A DNA stretch of 64,000 nucleotides from Oikopleura dioica (taxonomy: Eukaryota; Animalia; Chordata), in contig OU015567.1 of NCBI GenBank assembly GCA_907165135.1, positions 9,548,001-9,612,000 on the forward strand, read 5' to 3'. Every line of letters begins with the position of its first letter. Position 1 is the first letter of the stretch. A program made the position numbers and the translations under genes. Under the pieces are notes generated by a model. That model searched no databases. It saw nothing but the letters and a program-made list of their open reading frames with translations, and was not told the origin of the DNA. Shown here in pieces: positions 28,111-41,200 of this stretch.

Positions 28111-29218
28111 ATGAAACTTTTTGCTTGTTTCTTCGTGTCAGTGTTCGGCCATGGCCGCATTCTCGAGCCACCAGGAAGATCGAGCTACAGACTTCTAAGT
28201 AAATATCACCAAAAATTATATCATAATTACTTTTTATCGCAGAGGATGATCCAAATATCGATCAATCTTTGATTGTACCAAACTGGAATGATAATCAATT
28301 GTTCTGTGGTGGCTACCAGACACAAATATCGAACGGGTACAAATGTGGCGTTTGCGGCGATGATTTTACTCAAGTAATACTGTAGATTTTTTATTTAAGA
28401 TTTAAACTCAGATCGTAGCCACGCCCACGAGACAATGAGTGGAATGGACGCTACGGTAGCTCTGGAATCATCCCTCGGACTTACGATCAAGGAGACATAA
28501 TTGATTTGCACCTTGATATTACTGCTCACCACCAGGGCTTTTTTGAATTCAAAATTTGCAAAATGGAGCCGTCTGATTTCACCGAAAACGCCGCCTGTTT
28601 CGATAGCGACGAGAGCATCATGACGTTAGCTGATGGAAACAATCAATGGGATGTTACTGGAGGTCAAACAGGGCAGTACTATGGAAAAGTACAGCTCCCG
28701 CAAGATCTCTCATGCGATCACTGCGTCATTCAGTGGAGATATCACGCTGGAAACACATGGGCTTGTGATGAAAATGGAAATTGCGGAACAGGTACCTATA
28801 ACTTATCTTAGATAAGTTATCAATGAGCCTGAATAATCTTTACTGATCACTTTTTCATCGAGGTATCGGGCCACAAGAAGAGTTCTACGGCTGCTCCGAC
28901 ATCTCCATCCGCCCCAAATACACAACAACAACATCAACTACCACTACTACTCCTTTCTCTACAAAACCAACAACAACTCGCGAGACATCTACCCATTTCA
29001 CGACCACAACCCCAAAAGAAACTACAAGCAGTCCCTCAAGTGAGCTGGATGATTTTTGCGAAGAAAAGCCAAACGGATTTTACTCGCACCCGGAATCTTG
29101 CTACATGTATATCGACTGTTACAACGGAAACGCTATGGCTAAAACTTGCCCATCTGGTTTAGCCTGGAACCCGGAGAAAAACTACTGCGATCGAGAGGAA
29201 AATGTGCAATCTTGTTAA
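28111..29218 (+). CDS. Second AA15-type LPMO with CBM14, three introns
   Basis: HGRILEPPGRSS, TAHHQGFFEF, QWRYHAGNTW, QEEFYGCSD. GT-AG introns at 28199-28242, 28374-28418 and 28792-28862 restore the frame. Confidence 0.92.
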
Positions 29219-29646
29219 AATTAAAATCGAGAACTACTTACTGCACAATTAAATTCTGTGATTCAACTCGAATGAACAAAGCGATCTTCTTTCTGAAAGT
29301 ATTTATTTCTTTATTCTTCAATTAAATTATTATATTTGACGAGTAAATCGATGAGGTATTCGAAATCGCTTGAAAGGGCGATTTTTCCTCTTAGGAAAAA
29401 GACAACTCTTTCAGACGGCTCAACTTTTCAATCGAGACATTACGATTTTGCCAAATAAAAGTAAGATAAGTGGGCCATAAATTGCTACTCATCATAAATA
29501 AAATGTTCTATTGGCCAGATCAATTAAAAATGGCAGCAAAAGTGGTGTTGTAATCATACGTGGTGAAGAAGTGGGAAGTATTTTCGACAGGAGAAAAAAG
29601 AGTCTAGATATATAAATATATTTCCTATTCTTTTTCTGGTGGACGA

Positions 29647-31196
29647 TCACCACTTCCATCGCTTGACGTCGCGAATAAATCCCTTCGAGTTCGATGCCTG
29701 CTCCATTGCATACGTGATTCCATAAGCAGCTGTGGCGAAAAATCCGACGCGACCCATGCCCGTCATGAAATTTAGCGATTTTGGCACGGTGCTTCCTTCT
29801 GCGCGGTAACGGTTCAATATTTTGCTCTCCAATAATTGATTCAGCTACAAATCCCGTCAGAAATAGGAATATTGGAGGATAAGCTTACCTGCCAAAATCT
29901 TGGGCCTTTATTATTATTATTTCTTAGCCATTCTTGCTCTTGCTTTAACAAACTCTGTCGCGTACGCTAAAGAACAGTCAATTATCTGATCGAATGAAGA
30001 ATACAAACATTCATATCTTTATGCCAAAATGGAGAGAGACCAAAGATCGCTCCGCCGAATGCCGAGCCGAATTTCGGGTCTACTGGAATTTGCTTGTCCA
30101 AAAACGCCCAACCAAGGGATGTGACAAAAGCTTTAGAAAAAAATAATACTTTTTTCGCTGCTATAGAAATTTTTGACTAAAATTGGCTTTAAAAAATGGA
30201 AATTTGCATTATATTTTTTATGAAAATCCTATGTTTGCTATATTTTCATTTTAATTAAGGGTATACCCATCTTAAAATGCATTTCCATCATAAAAACACT
30301 CAGAAAAACATAATCGAAGGCAGTTTTTTATGAAAAACTTAAAATTGAAATCTGTAAATTTGCCTTTTATTCGACTTATAAATTTTTAAAGGGGCTGTCC
30401 TCCTTAAGTTCGTTGACCAGAAGCTCTCAAAAGAGGAACGGTCGTAGCTTAGGGCCTTAACTTTATGCTGTAAAAAAATTAAGGGTATACCTCAACTTAA
30501 ATCCTAAAAAAAACTTTCACTAAGCAACTTTACCTTTAAGGGCCTGTATACCCTTAAATTTGTAATCGAGAGATTATCATAAGGGGAACGGTTGCAGCCG
30601 AGGGTTTGATCTAAAGGTAGCAAGTGAAAGTAAGGATCTACCTAAGATAGTTTCTGAGAAAAACTTTCACTAAACAGCCCCTTTTTCACGATTCTTGATG
30701 GGGGGGTCCTTATTTAATAAACAGATTTAAATTCAGTTACCGAAAGTGCCAGCTTTTGCGGACCAATCTCTGCAATTTGAAACGACGGCGGTAATACTTT
30801 CGGAACGTTTGATCGGATGTCTGAGGGATTTGAGTGTGAGGAAGCTTCTGTTGTGGAGGATTCTTGTTGCGCTGAGGACGCCGAAAGCGCCGCCTACTAG
30901 ACCGCCAGATCCGACCATGTTGAAGATGTGTCCTGTTCGCTCTCGTGGCTTGTTGTCTTCCTAAAACGAAATGAGCGTGTTTGAAATCAACAAGGAGTAC
31001 GTACACCCATGTACATCCAGTCGTCATCGTCCTGATCGAGCGCGGTTGACAAAAATTCGGGATTGATGGTTTTGTATGGATTGAACGATCCCTGCTTGCC
31101 TGTGGGGTTGATCTTTGTGAGTCCGCTCAGCGCGTCCATTTCATCGTCGGACAGTTCCGCTGTTGGCAGCTGACTCCTTTTCCCCAGCAAATCCAT
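29647..31196 (-). CDS. TIMM23: Mitochondrial inner-membrane translocase subunit Tim23-like
   Basis: FNPYKTINPEFL...PRERTGHIFNMVGSGGLVGGAFG...DWSAKAGTFG...FGSAFGGAIFG resembles the Tim17/23 family, with an acidic N-terminus. Confidence 0.7.
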
Positions 31197-31346
31197 ACTG
31201 AACGCGTTTGCTTGATTCTCCGCTTTATTTTCAAACTATTGTTTCACAGAAAGTGGGTGCGTAAGTCAGTAACTGAACTCAGAGAAATAAATAATTTAGA
31301 ATTTTCGAAACATAATTTTAACAGTTTTCTGTTTATAAATAAGGCT

Positions 31347-31759
31347 TTATTTGTTCTGCTGAGCGGCGAAGAGGAACGACTTGGGCATGATGTTGGGGTG
31401 GATCCACTCGGTATTGTGAGCTTTAAAAGTGAGAATAGAAGAGAATAGGTAAGCGAGGGTTACCTCGAAGTGCCATTTGCATGTCTCGTCCGTATTGGTG
31501 GTTCTCAACGGTGTATTCAAAGCCCTGGAAGGCACCACATGGAGGCTTCTTAGTTCCAGAGTTAGACCAGTTCAGGGGCCACCACCAGAGACCACCGGAA
31601 AGAGCACCCTTGTGGCTAAACAACGATAAAAATCGATAATAAAAAAGTTTCGTCAATAAATACTCACGTTCCAGCTTCATCAGTGTACATCTTGGCCATG
31701 TAGCCAAGGTAGAAAGTACCGAGCCAGACGCCAACAGTAGGAATAGTTTCAACCCACAT
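31347..31759 (-). CDS. Small single-TM mitochondrial protein, NDUFA1 (MWFE)-like
   Basis: MWVETIPTVGVWLG... and HQYGRDMQMALRG loosely resemble MWFEILP... and ...MERDRRISG. Short introns separate the exons. Confidence 0.45.
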
Positions 31760-32564
31760 TTCTAAAGCCAAAATATTCTGAGCAAAAATCGTAGAACAAA
31801 TAATTTTATTTTCGGACACAGAATGATATCCGTTGCGTTTTTTAATGATTGAAGTTGTAGCGTAAAATGTACGGGGAAACAAAAAAAAATGTAAGGCAAA
31901 ATAAAATAAAAAAAAACAAAATAAAAATTGGTAAATCAAAAATAAAATCGATGAAGGGGATAAAATGCTTGGAAACAAAAATATCTATGAACACCCGCCT
32001 GGGGGCACTACAGTGTGTGTATGTGTATTGTGCGAGAATGAGAGAGAGAGAATATGGGCGAAAGCAAATTTAACCTTATAAAAATATTGTTTAGGAAAAC
32101 TGATACTTTGAAACCTTTTATTCGAAATTTTGTTTTAAAATATAAATAGTAATAGTAAAATAGTAAAGTAGGATTGTTGTATGAATTGTTCTGATAATTA
32201 TAACTAGACCTATTTGTCAAAAACAATTTCGACAAAAAATCAAGGAAACAGAAATTGTACTTTAAAAAGTCTATAAATAGTACCTATAGTTCGAATAAAG
32301 CAATAGTAAATGGCATTTTTATATGCTGGATAATTGAATCAGTCATGGGGACAAAATAGATAGGCCAAGTGTTGTAAGTTGGAGCACAGAAATATCATTT
32401 TTTTTTAAGTAAATTGTTTGGAAACGGCACAGAATCGAATAACAGCAAAACGCGCTGGTAAAGTCATAAAGAAATCGCAAGAAAAAAGAACAACTAATAG
32501 ATTGGGAATAGTAACTTTTCTTTAGTAGGAAACACTGATTTCAAAAAAAAAACAAGAAACCAAA

Positions 32565-34940
32565 TCATCGGTTGCCGCGAATGAACTGTTTGAGAAGCAT
32601 GGATGAGCTTCCGTTGAACTCTGACTTGGGCAAAGTGGGCCATGAATTGCTCGTCGTCCATTGCGAGTTCATGAAGTGCGGCGGGCTAGTTGGATAAGCA
32701 GCATTCACTGTTTTCGCATCGCGAATGTTTCGCTGGTAGAACTCACGCGCCAGATCGCGACGTTGGTTTTCGCTTGTCTTTAGGAATGTCGTAGGATTTG
32801 CGCAGATAACATCAAACATACTAAACCATCAAAATAGGAACTTTGAAAAATCGAAGTGTGCTCACGATAAATTCTTGCCACCACATTGAACAGGTCCCAT
32901 CAGATCAGCACCGCTATAAATGAGCATCTGCGTTATCCTCACTTTCCTCTTACTCGCTGCGATGTAAACGGGAGGCTTAATGACGGTTCACTTGATTGTT
33001 GGTCACAATTGTAACTCTAAGAATATAATATGATATTATTAATATCGTTTGTGCTTCATGAACCGTTCCAAATTATACTGTGGCGTAACACCATTCACAT
33101 CTAGCCCGAAGACTTTTACGTATTTATTAACGAGTTCGACTTGATTCATTTCTACAGCTTTTTGAAGAGGTGTCATTACACCAGAGCAGATATCACTCGG
33201 AGTAAGGTCCTGCTTGATGATGTTACGTTCTCGCAAGACATTGTTGTAATATCGTAACGCGCGTTGGAGCCCTTCGAGGGTCTGAAAATGGATTGAGGAT
33301 AAAGAAATACTGAATGAATTACCTCAAGTTCGTGTAAAAAATACTCGAGCGCGAATTGATAGTGAGGATAGAACTTGGAGATTGCCTCGTGCGATTCTGT
33401 GTGATGTTTCAGTGGATTTTGGCCTATGGGAACTTGCTGAGAGTACTGATCCGAGAAGGTGTAGAAGCTGGATGTGTGGAACTCGCGGAAGAGGTACTTG
33501 ATGACGTCTTCATGGCCGAAGTCCAGGGCCAGACAGAGAAGGTCTTTGTTGACGACTTTGCCGTCCACGTCTCCCAAATAGATCGGAGTCACCAAGCCAG
33601 TCTTTAGTTGATTCAAAAATCATCAGATTTTGCTGTCTTACCTCGCTGAGGATGTGATCATCATCAAACTTCCATCCCTTCCTGACCATGACGTAGGCAA
33701 GTTGGTTCAGAACTTTGTCGCCAAGATGAGCAGGGAAGGAAGGACCGTCGTTTGTGATTGGTTTGAAGTTGTTGGCCCCGTTTTCTCGGAGATAGCGAGT
33801 GATGTTGTGCGAAATCGCATTTTGGAGGCTCTTCTTCAAGTGAATAAAGGGATTTGGCAGGAAGAAGCTTAGAATGTTGATGTCATGCCACTAAAAAGGG
33901 TAAATAGATGAATAGAATATATATGAGTACCGCTATTCTTCGTGTAAAAAGGTAGTGGAAAAGTTCATCAACTTCATCCACGAAAGGGCATTTTTCGCCC
34001 AAAAGGGGATCGTTCAAAGTCGGCAGCCATTGTTGGAGAAAGTCGTCGTCGATGGGCTCTTTGAACATTTGTACGGATCGCTTGAATGCAGCCAGCTGCT
34101 TTCGCAAATCCTCGAGTTGATTTTTGAAGACTTTTTTCAGTTCGTCGGGCTAAAAGGCGACTAAATTCAACGATCGCTCCATCAAGCGGAAATTACCTTT
34201 AGTAAATTATCGCTGACAATTTTCGTCATGTTGTTTCTCTTGTCGATTGAGTTTCTGTCTAATTGTTGCAGTCGGTCAACAACGCGCTGTCGAATCGAGC
34301 TACCGCCTCGCCACTGCTCAGTCAAGTTTAACGCGTCTGCCATTTCCGATATTGTATTCAATACGAGCCTTTTGTCCTCGAGCAACTAGCGAGAGAAGAA
34401 TAAGGGGATGAAAGATTGATTAATTTGCATGCAGAGGAACTCATTATTCATTCAATAGAAAGAATAGGCTCGATGTATCACTCTTACTCCACCCATCAAT
34501 TGGATAAACAATGAATCACTCTAGAATACATGCTGCGCGAAAGCGTCTAAACCTGGCGAACGACATCAAACTTGCACTCGGGCTGGAAGGCAAGTCTGAC
34601 GCTTTTGATCATCGGTGTGGATTGAAAGTACTCGAACTTGGATTGCAACTTGTCGTATTTGACGTTTCGGAAGACCTCTTGCTGCCCGTCGGGTAGACGA
34701 ACTTCCAGGTCGACCATTGAGCTGCCAAGTCTGGAAAGACTGTGAACGCGGAGAGGCGACTCGCGGTTCGACGGAGAGCTGCCATTCGGATAACCTAATG
34801 TGACGCCCGAGTCCGTAGAAAGTGCCTGAACGCAGCTTATAAAATAGTCGAAGTCCGGAAATCACCTCGAATTGAGTTGATAGACAGCTAGAGCTCCTCA
34901 TAACATCTGCCAAACTCGGGGGTTTCCATTCATCCATCAA
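32565..34940 (-). CDS. Ankyrin-repeat protein, possibly with an N-terminal BTB-like domain, multi-exon
   Basis: TPLQKAVEMNQVELVNKYVKVFGLDVN and LLCLALDFGHEDVIKYL are ankyrin-like. VDLEVRLPDGQQEVF...SKFEYFQS is weakly BTB-like. Confidence 0.55.
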
Positions 34941-35222
34941 AATGAAGTCCGGTAGCGGCTGAAAACAATCTCATAAGAACAAATATAATCATGCATTTTT
35001 GTATTTATTGCACGGTACAATACTGAACTCTGATTTCTATTACTTTGATGGACATAACAAGATATTAGTTACAGTACGTTTATTGCACGGCCAGAAGAAT
35101 GAATAAATGGCTTGAAGTAATTGGTGACATGAGTATTTTTGTTGAAAGATAAATGAAGAAAAAGGACGTAGATTGATAGAATCTTGATTTCGAGTACTAA
35201 AACGAAGATAGGTCGAAATTAT

Positions 35223-38200
35223 TTAGTTCAGAATAGCAGTAATTGCAGCTTGAAGAGTAGTTGATGAATCGGAGGATTGAGTTTTAAGTGAGACATTCAC
35301 CAGACCAGCGTTGATCTAAAAATATGAGTAAAATAATACTAGGAAGGTCGATTAACCTTGATCAACATCACGAATTTCTCCTGATTAGACGATAGCTGCC
35401 CGCAGATAGACGCACCATTCTGCGCTGACTGCACCAGGTAGCAACCACTAAATCGATACAGACACTCTTCCAGACTTGCCAGCTCAGTTTGGTACTGCTG
35501 CTCGACGGTGACCTCGAAGAATTTTTCGTGAATCAGATCCACGAGCTCGTCATCGCTGACTTTCCACTCGGTGAGATTGAAGAAAGGAGTGAAGATGTGT
35601 TCGAACTTGAGTTTCTTTTCTTTCGACGATTTAGATTTGGAAGAGATGGTGTAGCAAAGCTTGCCTTTGTAAACAATCTCATCGGTGCGTCTGAATGGGA
35701 AAGCAACTTCGCCCTGGCGCGGAAGATCTCGCTTTTCATCGAGGAATTCGAGCTCAGAAATGTCTCTCGATTTGTGCTTGTTTTGGACAACGAGCTCTAG
35801 GCTGTCCCGATCATTAAATTTGATTGAGACGGAAATGTCGACATTGTCAGCGACTGGCAAAAGGCCTGTAATCAGCGTTGGCTCGGAGACATGCGGAACT
35901 GCTTTAGGATTTTCTGGAACTGCGCTGCTTTCTTCGTCTGATGAGATGATTTCTTCGCTCTTGAGCTTCTTTGTTTTCTTCTTCTTTTTCGTCTTTTTCT
36001 TCTTCTGATCTACCTTTGGTGCTACTTCAACCTTTTTCTTGCTTTGAAGAAGATCAGAAACATCGATGTTGAAGCGTTTAGCATCATCGTCTTGGTCTGA
36101 TTCCACGGGAGTGTCTTCTGCGCCTTCTGGCATTTCTTCGTCCATCATGATTTCCACCGCTGGAGTGTCTTCTTCAGGCTCTGAGACTTTCTCACTCGCT
36201 TTTTTCTTCGATTTCTTTGTTTTCTTTCCTTTCTTTGGCTTCTTGGTCTTTTTTGGCAAGTATTTATCGGATCCGCCGATGCCTCCAAACACAGTGTTGA
36301 CATCTGATTCTGGGGAAAGAATTGTTTGATAGTCGGTCTCTGCTTCTGGCTTTTCGGACTTCGGGGATGCATCGTCGAGTTTTAAATAGTTAATATCGTT
36401 CAAGCGCATTTTTCCAAGCGGCAGTTTTTTCCCTGACGGCGAAGTTTTTCCGGAACCTATAATTGACCATTTTTTGCAGAAATTATCGCGAGAACTGACC
36501 ATTATTTTCGGCATAGTAATCCTTGAATGCGTCATCAATGTCTTCCTCGGGTTCTACCTCCTCCTCAGGCTCCTCTTCCTCATCGTCACTTTGCTCGAAG
36601 ATAAGTCCCTCTAAATCGAGTCCGTTTGGCAAGGGGACCTTTTTCTGCGCCTTTGGTCCAACTGGCTTTAGTTCCCCTAAGTTTTTGTAAAGTTTAACTT
36701 TCGTAGAAAATCTTTACCGTCGTGAAGTCCGTAGATTGTTTTTAAAAGAACATTATCCGATGCCAATTTCAATGTTTGAACAGCAAGGCTGGCACGTTCT
36801 TGAATCTCGATATTTGGGAAGGCCAGAAATTTGTCGAAAAGAGCGATGTGCTCCGAAATGTCGACATTTTCATCTGCTTCTGAAGATTAAGTTTCGATAA
36901 ATGTTCTGTGTCGTTCGTTATGTACCTTTGAGACCATGGGACAAGATCTTGAGGGCGTTTTGGAACATGACCGAGGTGATATCAACGGATAAATGACCAA
37001 ATTCCGCATTCATAATTGCCAAGAATAGATTTTTCGGATCGGTGACAAATTCCACGAACTCGCCGCAAATAACAGCAGCCGATCGAATGACATCAATGCA
37101 TCCGTTCCTGCCGAAGATAGTCGAAATGGCGCCGAGGTTTTGAAGAATGTGGGACATTTGGGCGACGGAGTATTCGCGAAGAGTTCGCACACTGAATTGT
37201 TATTAACGCTTTGGGCGATTGTGGCGTTTTTAAACGCCACGTGAACTTTGGCGGACCAAATTTCCATGAATTTCCCAAAGGATTGATAAATTTTTACTTT
37301 TCTGAAAAATTCGGACATTTTTCTTCATAAAAGCCGCTTCAAAATTAAATTTTCACAACAACAACTTCTTCCAAAATCAAAAAGAAAAAGTTCGACTCGC
37401 CCAAAATAGGCTTACTCATGCGCTTTTCCCTTCAGAGAGGGAAAGGAGAGAGAGAGAGCGCGATGCGCTGAGTGGTCTCCGTTTGCCCAAGTCGCCGTTT
37501 GCCCAACTTGGGCAGACGGAGATCTTAGGCAAACGGCGATGTGAATTTTTTTTAATTGATTGATCATAAAATGATAGAAGTAAGGCGACAATTTCATTAT
37601 CATCACTTAGTCTGCTGGTTGCGCTCTGATTTGCAGAAACTTTCAGGTGAAAACAAAGGTTGTCCTGTGATGTCTTTTGAACGGTTATTAACCGTGGATC
37701 CTTGACAAGACCACCACAATTTTCTTATATTGTTTTTCAATAGTTGTATCCGATTTTCGAATAAGTTCTTGAGCATAAACACATGAATAAGAGACGAAAT
37801 GAAAAAACAGTATGTGAAAAAACGGCGACTTGGGCAAACGGAGACCACTCCGATGCGCTCCCTGTTTTTAGGTCTTACTTTGCTGATCATTTATGGATAT
37901 TTAAGACTTATGAACAGGGGTGGATATTTTGAAATCAACCATTATGCCATTTTATTCTAGAGCAAATTTAGAACAATTTTAACGGAAGAGAATAGTTGCT
38001 GCACATAATAATATAAATAAAAATTTTATTCACTTCAGATATAGCTATATGACGAAAGACTATTTCCTTTACTTTAAACATTCCAATAAAAATATTTAAG
38101 ACTGAAAATGTCAAGAATCTCCGCTGTTTCATCGCTCTACGTAACCAGCTATGGACAACGGGGTCAATGTTCGAACTGTTTTAGGTAAGATACTCAGAAA

Positions 38201-41200
38201 ATTGGAATTTCCCTTGACTAATTGATCTAATTTAGAGCCTTTGAGTTCACAGCAATCGTGAAGGAGCGTCGTCTCTGTAAAAGCTGTGCAGAAAATTTTC
38301 ATGGTCGCCAGAACAATTGGCATGAAATCAAGCAGCGAACCGATGCTACCTTCAAGTGTGCTGCCACTCCACAAAGACCATCAGAAGTTGAAGGCTGTGG
38401 TGCAGAGAATCTCACGTACCGCGAGTATATGACAGGAAGCTGCTGCGATAATGCGGCGCGACGACTTCAAGCTGATTTCGAAAATCTGATGTCCGAAGAC
38501 GATCGATACCAGATTTTCAAAATCCTCGAAAAATACTACGACGATGACAAGGAAGATCTCGACGACTCGATTCATAACCTGAATGCCGCGAAAGAAGAGT
38601 CTCGAAAGGCTAAAGAAGAGAAAGACAAAGTTTGCCGAAAAATCAACAACAAGGAAAAAATAAAGGAGCGAATACTGGCCAGACTTGATGGAATTGAAAA
38701 GGAACTTGAAAATGACAAGAAAGATCTTGAAAGCAAGGAAAATCTCTTCAACGCGGCCAAAATGAATGAAGAGTTCAATGATAACCTCACGAAGGAGAAG
38801 CGGAATTCACTCAAACGGCTCGCGAAACCTCTCAATTTCCTTTCTGCAAAAGTCTTCAAGTTCGACCAAGGTAAACTCGATTATCAAAAAATATTTTCAA
38901 TATAAAGGAAGATTAGATGACAATGACACTAAAGGAGAAGCGTCCAAAGCCGCTGATGTCAAAACAGAATATTTCGAAGCTTAGAATCGCTCTATTTTAA
39001 ATTCTAACTTTTACTAGGGTTCCGCACGATTGGACCAAAATTTTTATTTTTAATAAAATTTGGAGATTCTACCAAAAATATGCCTGGGAATTCATTCCTG
39101 GCCTCTGTTTTTCCCGAAAATCCTCCCTTCAGCCCTTTTCAGGGCTTCAAAGTATATTTTGCCAAAGAGGCCTGCTGCACGCTGATTGGCTGGCGCTCTT
39201 CGCGGGAATATAAATCGAGTAATGCAACGAGCTGTCGCCCTGGAGTTGGCTGAGTGGTGAGCGCTTCTCTTCGCAAAGAGGAGATGGCGAGCTCGAAGCC
39301 AGCTCGAACGCACCCCCTTTTCCATGTTTGGCTTTCTAGCTTCAACATGGAAAACGCGGATGGGCCTCGAAAAAGAAAAATTCTTTTTTTGAGTTTCGAG
39401 CTCGTGCCCGTCCGCCAATCCTTTTTGAAGGACTGCGCTCACCACTCGGCCAACAACTATTTGCGGGATGGTTCAGTTTAGCGGATTTTGACTCGAAATT
39501 TCCGGAGTCAAATTTCCGGACATTCGGTGGAAAAATTAAAGAGCTATCATAGATCTTAATTTTGTCAGGAGGGAGTTTTCTTCCTCTTAGGTTTTTTTAA
39601 CAAAATTTTACCTAAAAGTTTTGATCTCGGTCGGAGTTCGCCCTAAAACTGGCTGTATTCCAAGGAATGTTTCCTGTAAACATGCATATTTTATATTTAT
39701 TAAAAGATCCCCCGATTTTCCGAAGTTTCAAAATCTCATTCAAAAGCTCGTCTTTAAATGAGCATATTTTGGTAAAATCAGCTTTCTATCTCAACATTTG
39801 CTTATGTATTAGAGGCCGTCAAATTGTATCTACTTTTATGTGGCCTTTTTAAATGCGAATCTTTTTAAATTGCGAGAAAGTTCAGACCCTAAACTCAATA
39901 TTCTGGAAGAATCAGCATGATCGGGTAAGTGAATAAAAAATTCTAGTTGTAAAACTTTTTGAAACCATTATTGGCGTTTTTTCGGTTTTTAAATGCTCTC
40001 TAGCCCCATTCATTGGCCGAAAATTCTAACGCGGTAATTATATTCGTTGATAAAAATTGAAGCCAAAAATTTTCTCGACAAGATTTCTAGCGCTCGTAAC
40101 TCGAAAACAACAAGTGATAGCAGCTTCTGTTAAATAACAAATGAAATTATGCGTTGAATTCGAACTAATGTCTTTGCGACAAAGTGATTTTCAAAATTTA
40201 TTTTTATAATTCAAAATTTACTGTGGGACAATGACAGATTTTTTAAATTTTCGCGGTATGAGCGCCAGTTCGCGCTGATCTTCCTGTAGGCTTCTTCTTT
40301 TTCTCTCTTCGCGCTGAGTTTTCTGGCTTTTAAAAGCTGCCAACAGCTTTGATTTTGCTTCATGTGGCTTCAGGTCATCAAGCCATTCGTTCAGCTTGTT
40401 GAATTTGGCTCGCCCGTTTTCGTACATCTTTTCGCGGCACAGATTTTGGATTGACTTCTCGAATCCCTTGAGTGTGGCAAAGGACGATTCTTAATTTAAA
40501 TTCAGATATGCTTTATTCAAAAAAGACTTACCGACTGCTCTGTTCGAACAACTTATTTTTCGATCGTCTGGCAAATCGAGATCCTTGAGAAGCCCGAAAT
40601 CCTTCACGTACTTCTTCAAACTTCCACCGACAACAGCAACAGCAACAGTGTTCAGTCGCTTGATTCTTGTTGCGGAAACCTTTTGGAATCTTTCCTCAAT
40701 CAATTCCACGGTTTTTTTAGACTCCTCGGATGAAGACATCAGAGCCGCCTTCTCCAAAAGACACGAATACGGCTCGTTTGAATCAACAATTGTCTTCATT
40801 CGCTGAATTACTGATTGGAACAAATCCTTCAACCCAAGGAAAGACAAGGCTTCGTTGTTCACTTTTGAGATCTTCTTGTGGAAATGATTAATGTTCGCGC
40901 AATAGTTCAGGAACAATGTTGCAGCGTCGAGCAAAACCCCATTATCTCGGCCGGAGCAAAGTTTGTGGATCTGGTGAAATTTGCTGTCCTCAAAGCTTCT
41001 TGCCATCATGTGTTTTGTCGCGTTCATAACCGTCGGGAAATGTCTCACAAGAGCGCCCGAGTTGCGACAGTCATTTCCAAAGCGCTTTCCTATTAATATA
41101 AATTAAGAAAAGTCATTTGAAGGAAAATTACCTAGATCGTGAGAGAAAATCTTTGTTCTGGTGCTTTCCATATCGTATTTGAGCAGCAGCTGTAGCGACC

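Noticed and set aside
30245-30725. Possible MITE in the TIM23 intron (repeated AAGGGTATACC and AAAACTTTCACTAA; CCCTTAAATT as in the satellite)
   Set aside because: The terminal inverted match is only about 15/21, with no convincing TSD.
35489-36372. Many overlapping or antisense ORFs in the track (also over MGAT5, H3, LARP6 and the transposase)
   Set aside because: They are codon-bias shadows of real genes on the other strand or frame.
39092-39481. ORFs in the hAT left arm, also at 61918-62407
   Set aside because: The frames are not conserved between the B and C copies, so this is non-coding subterminal sequence.
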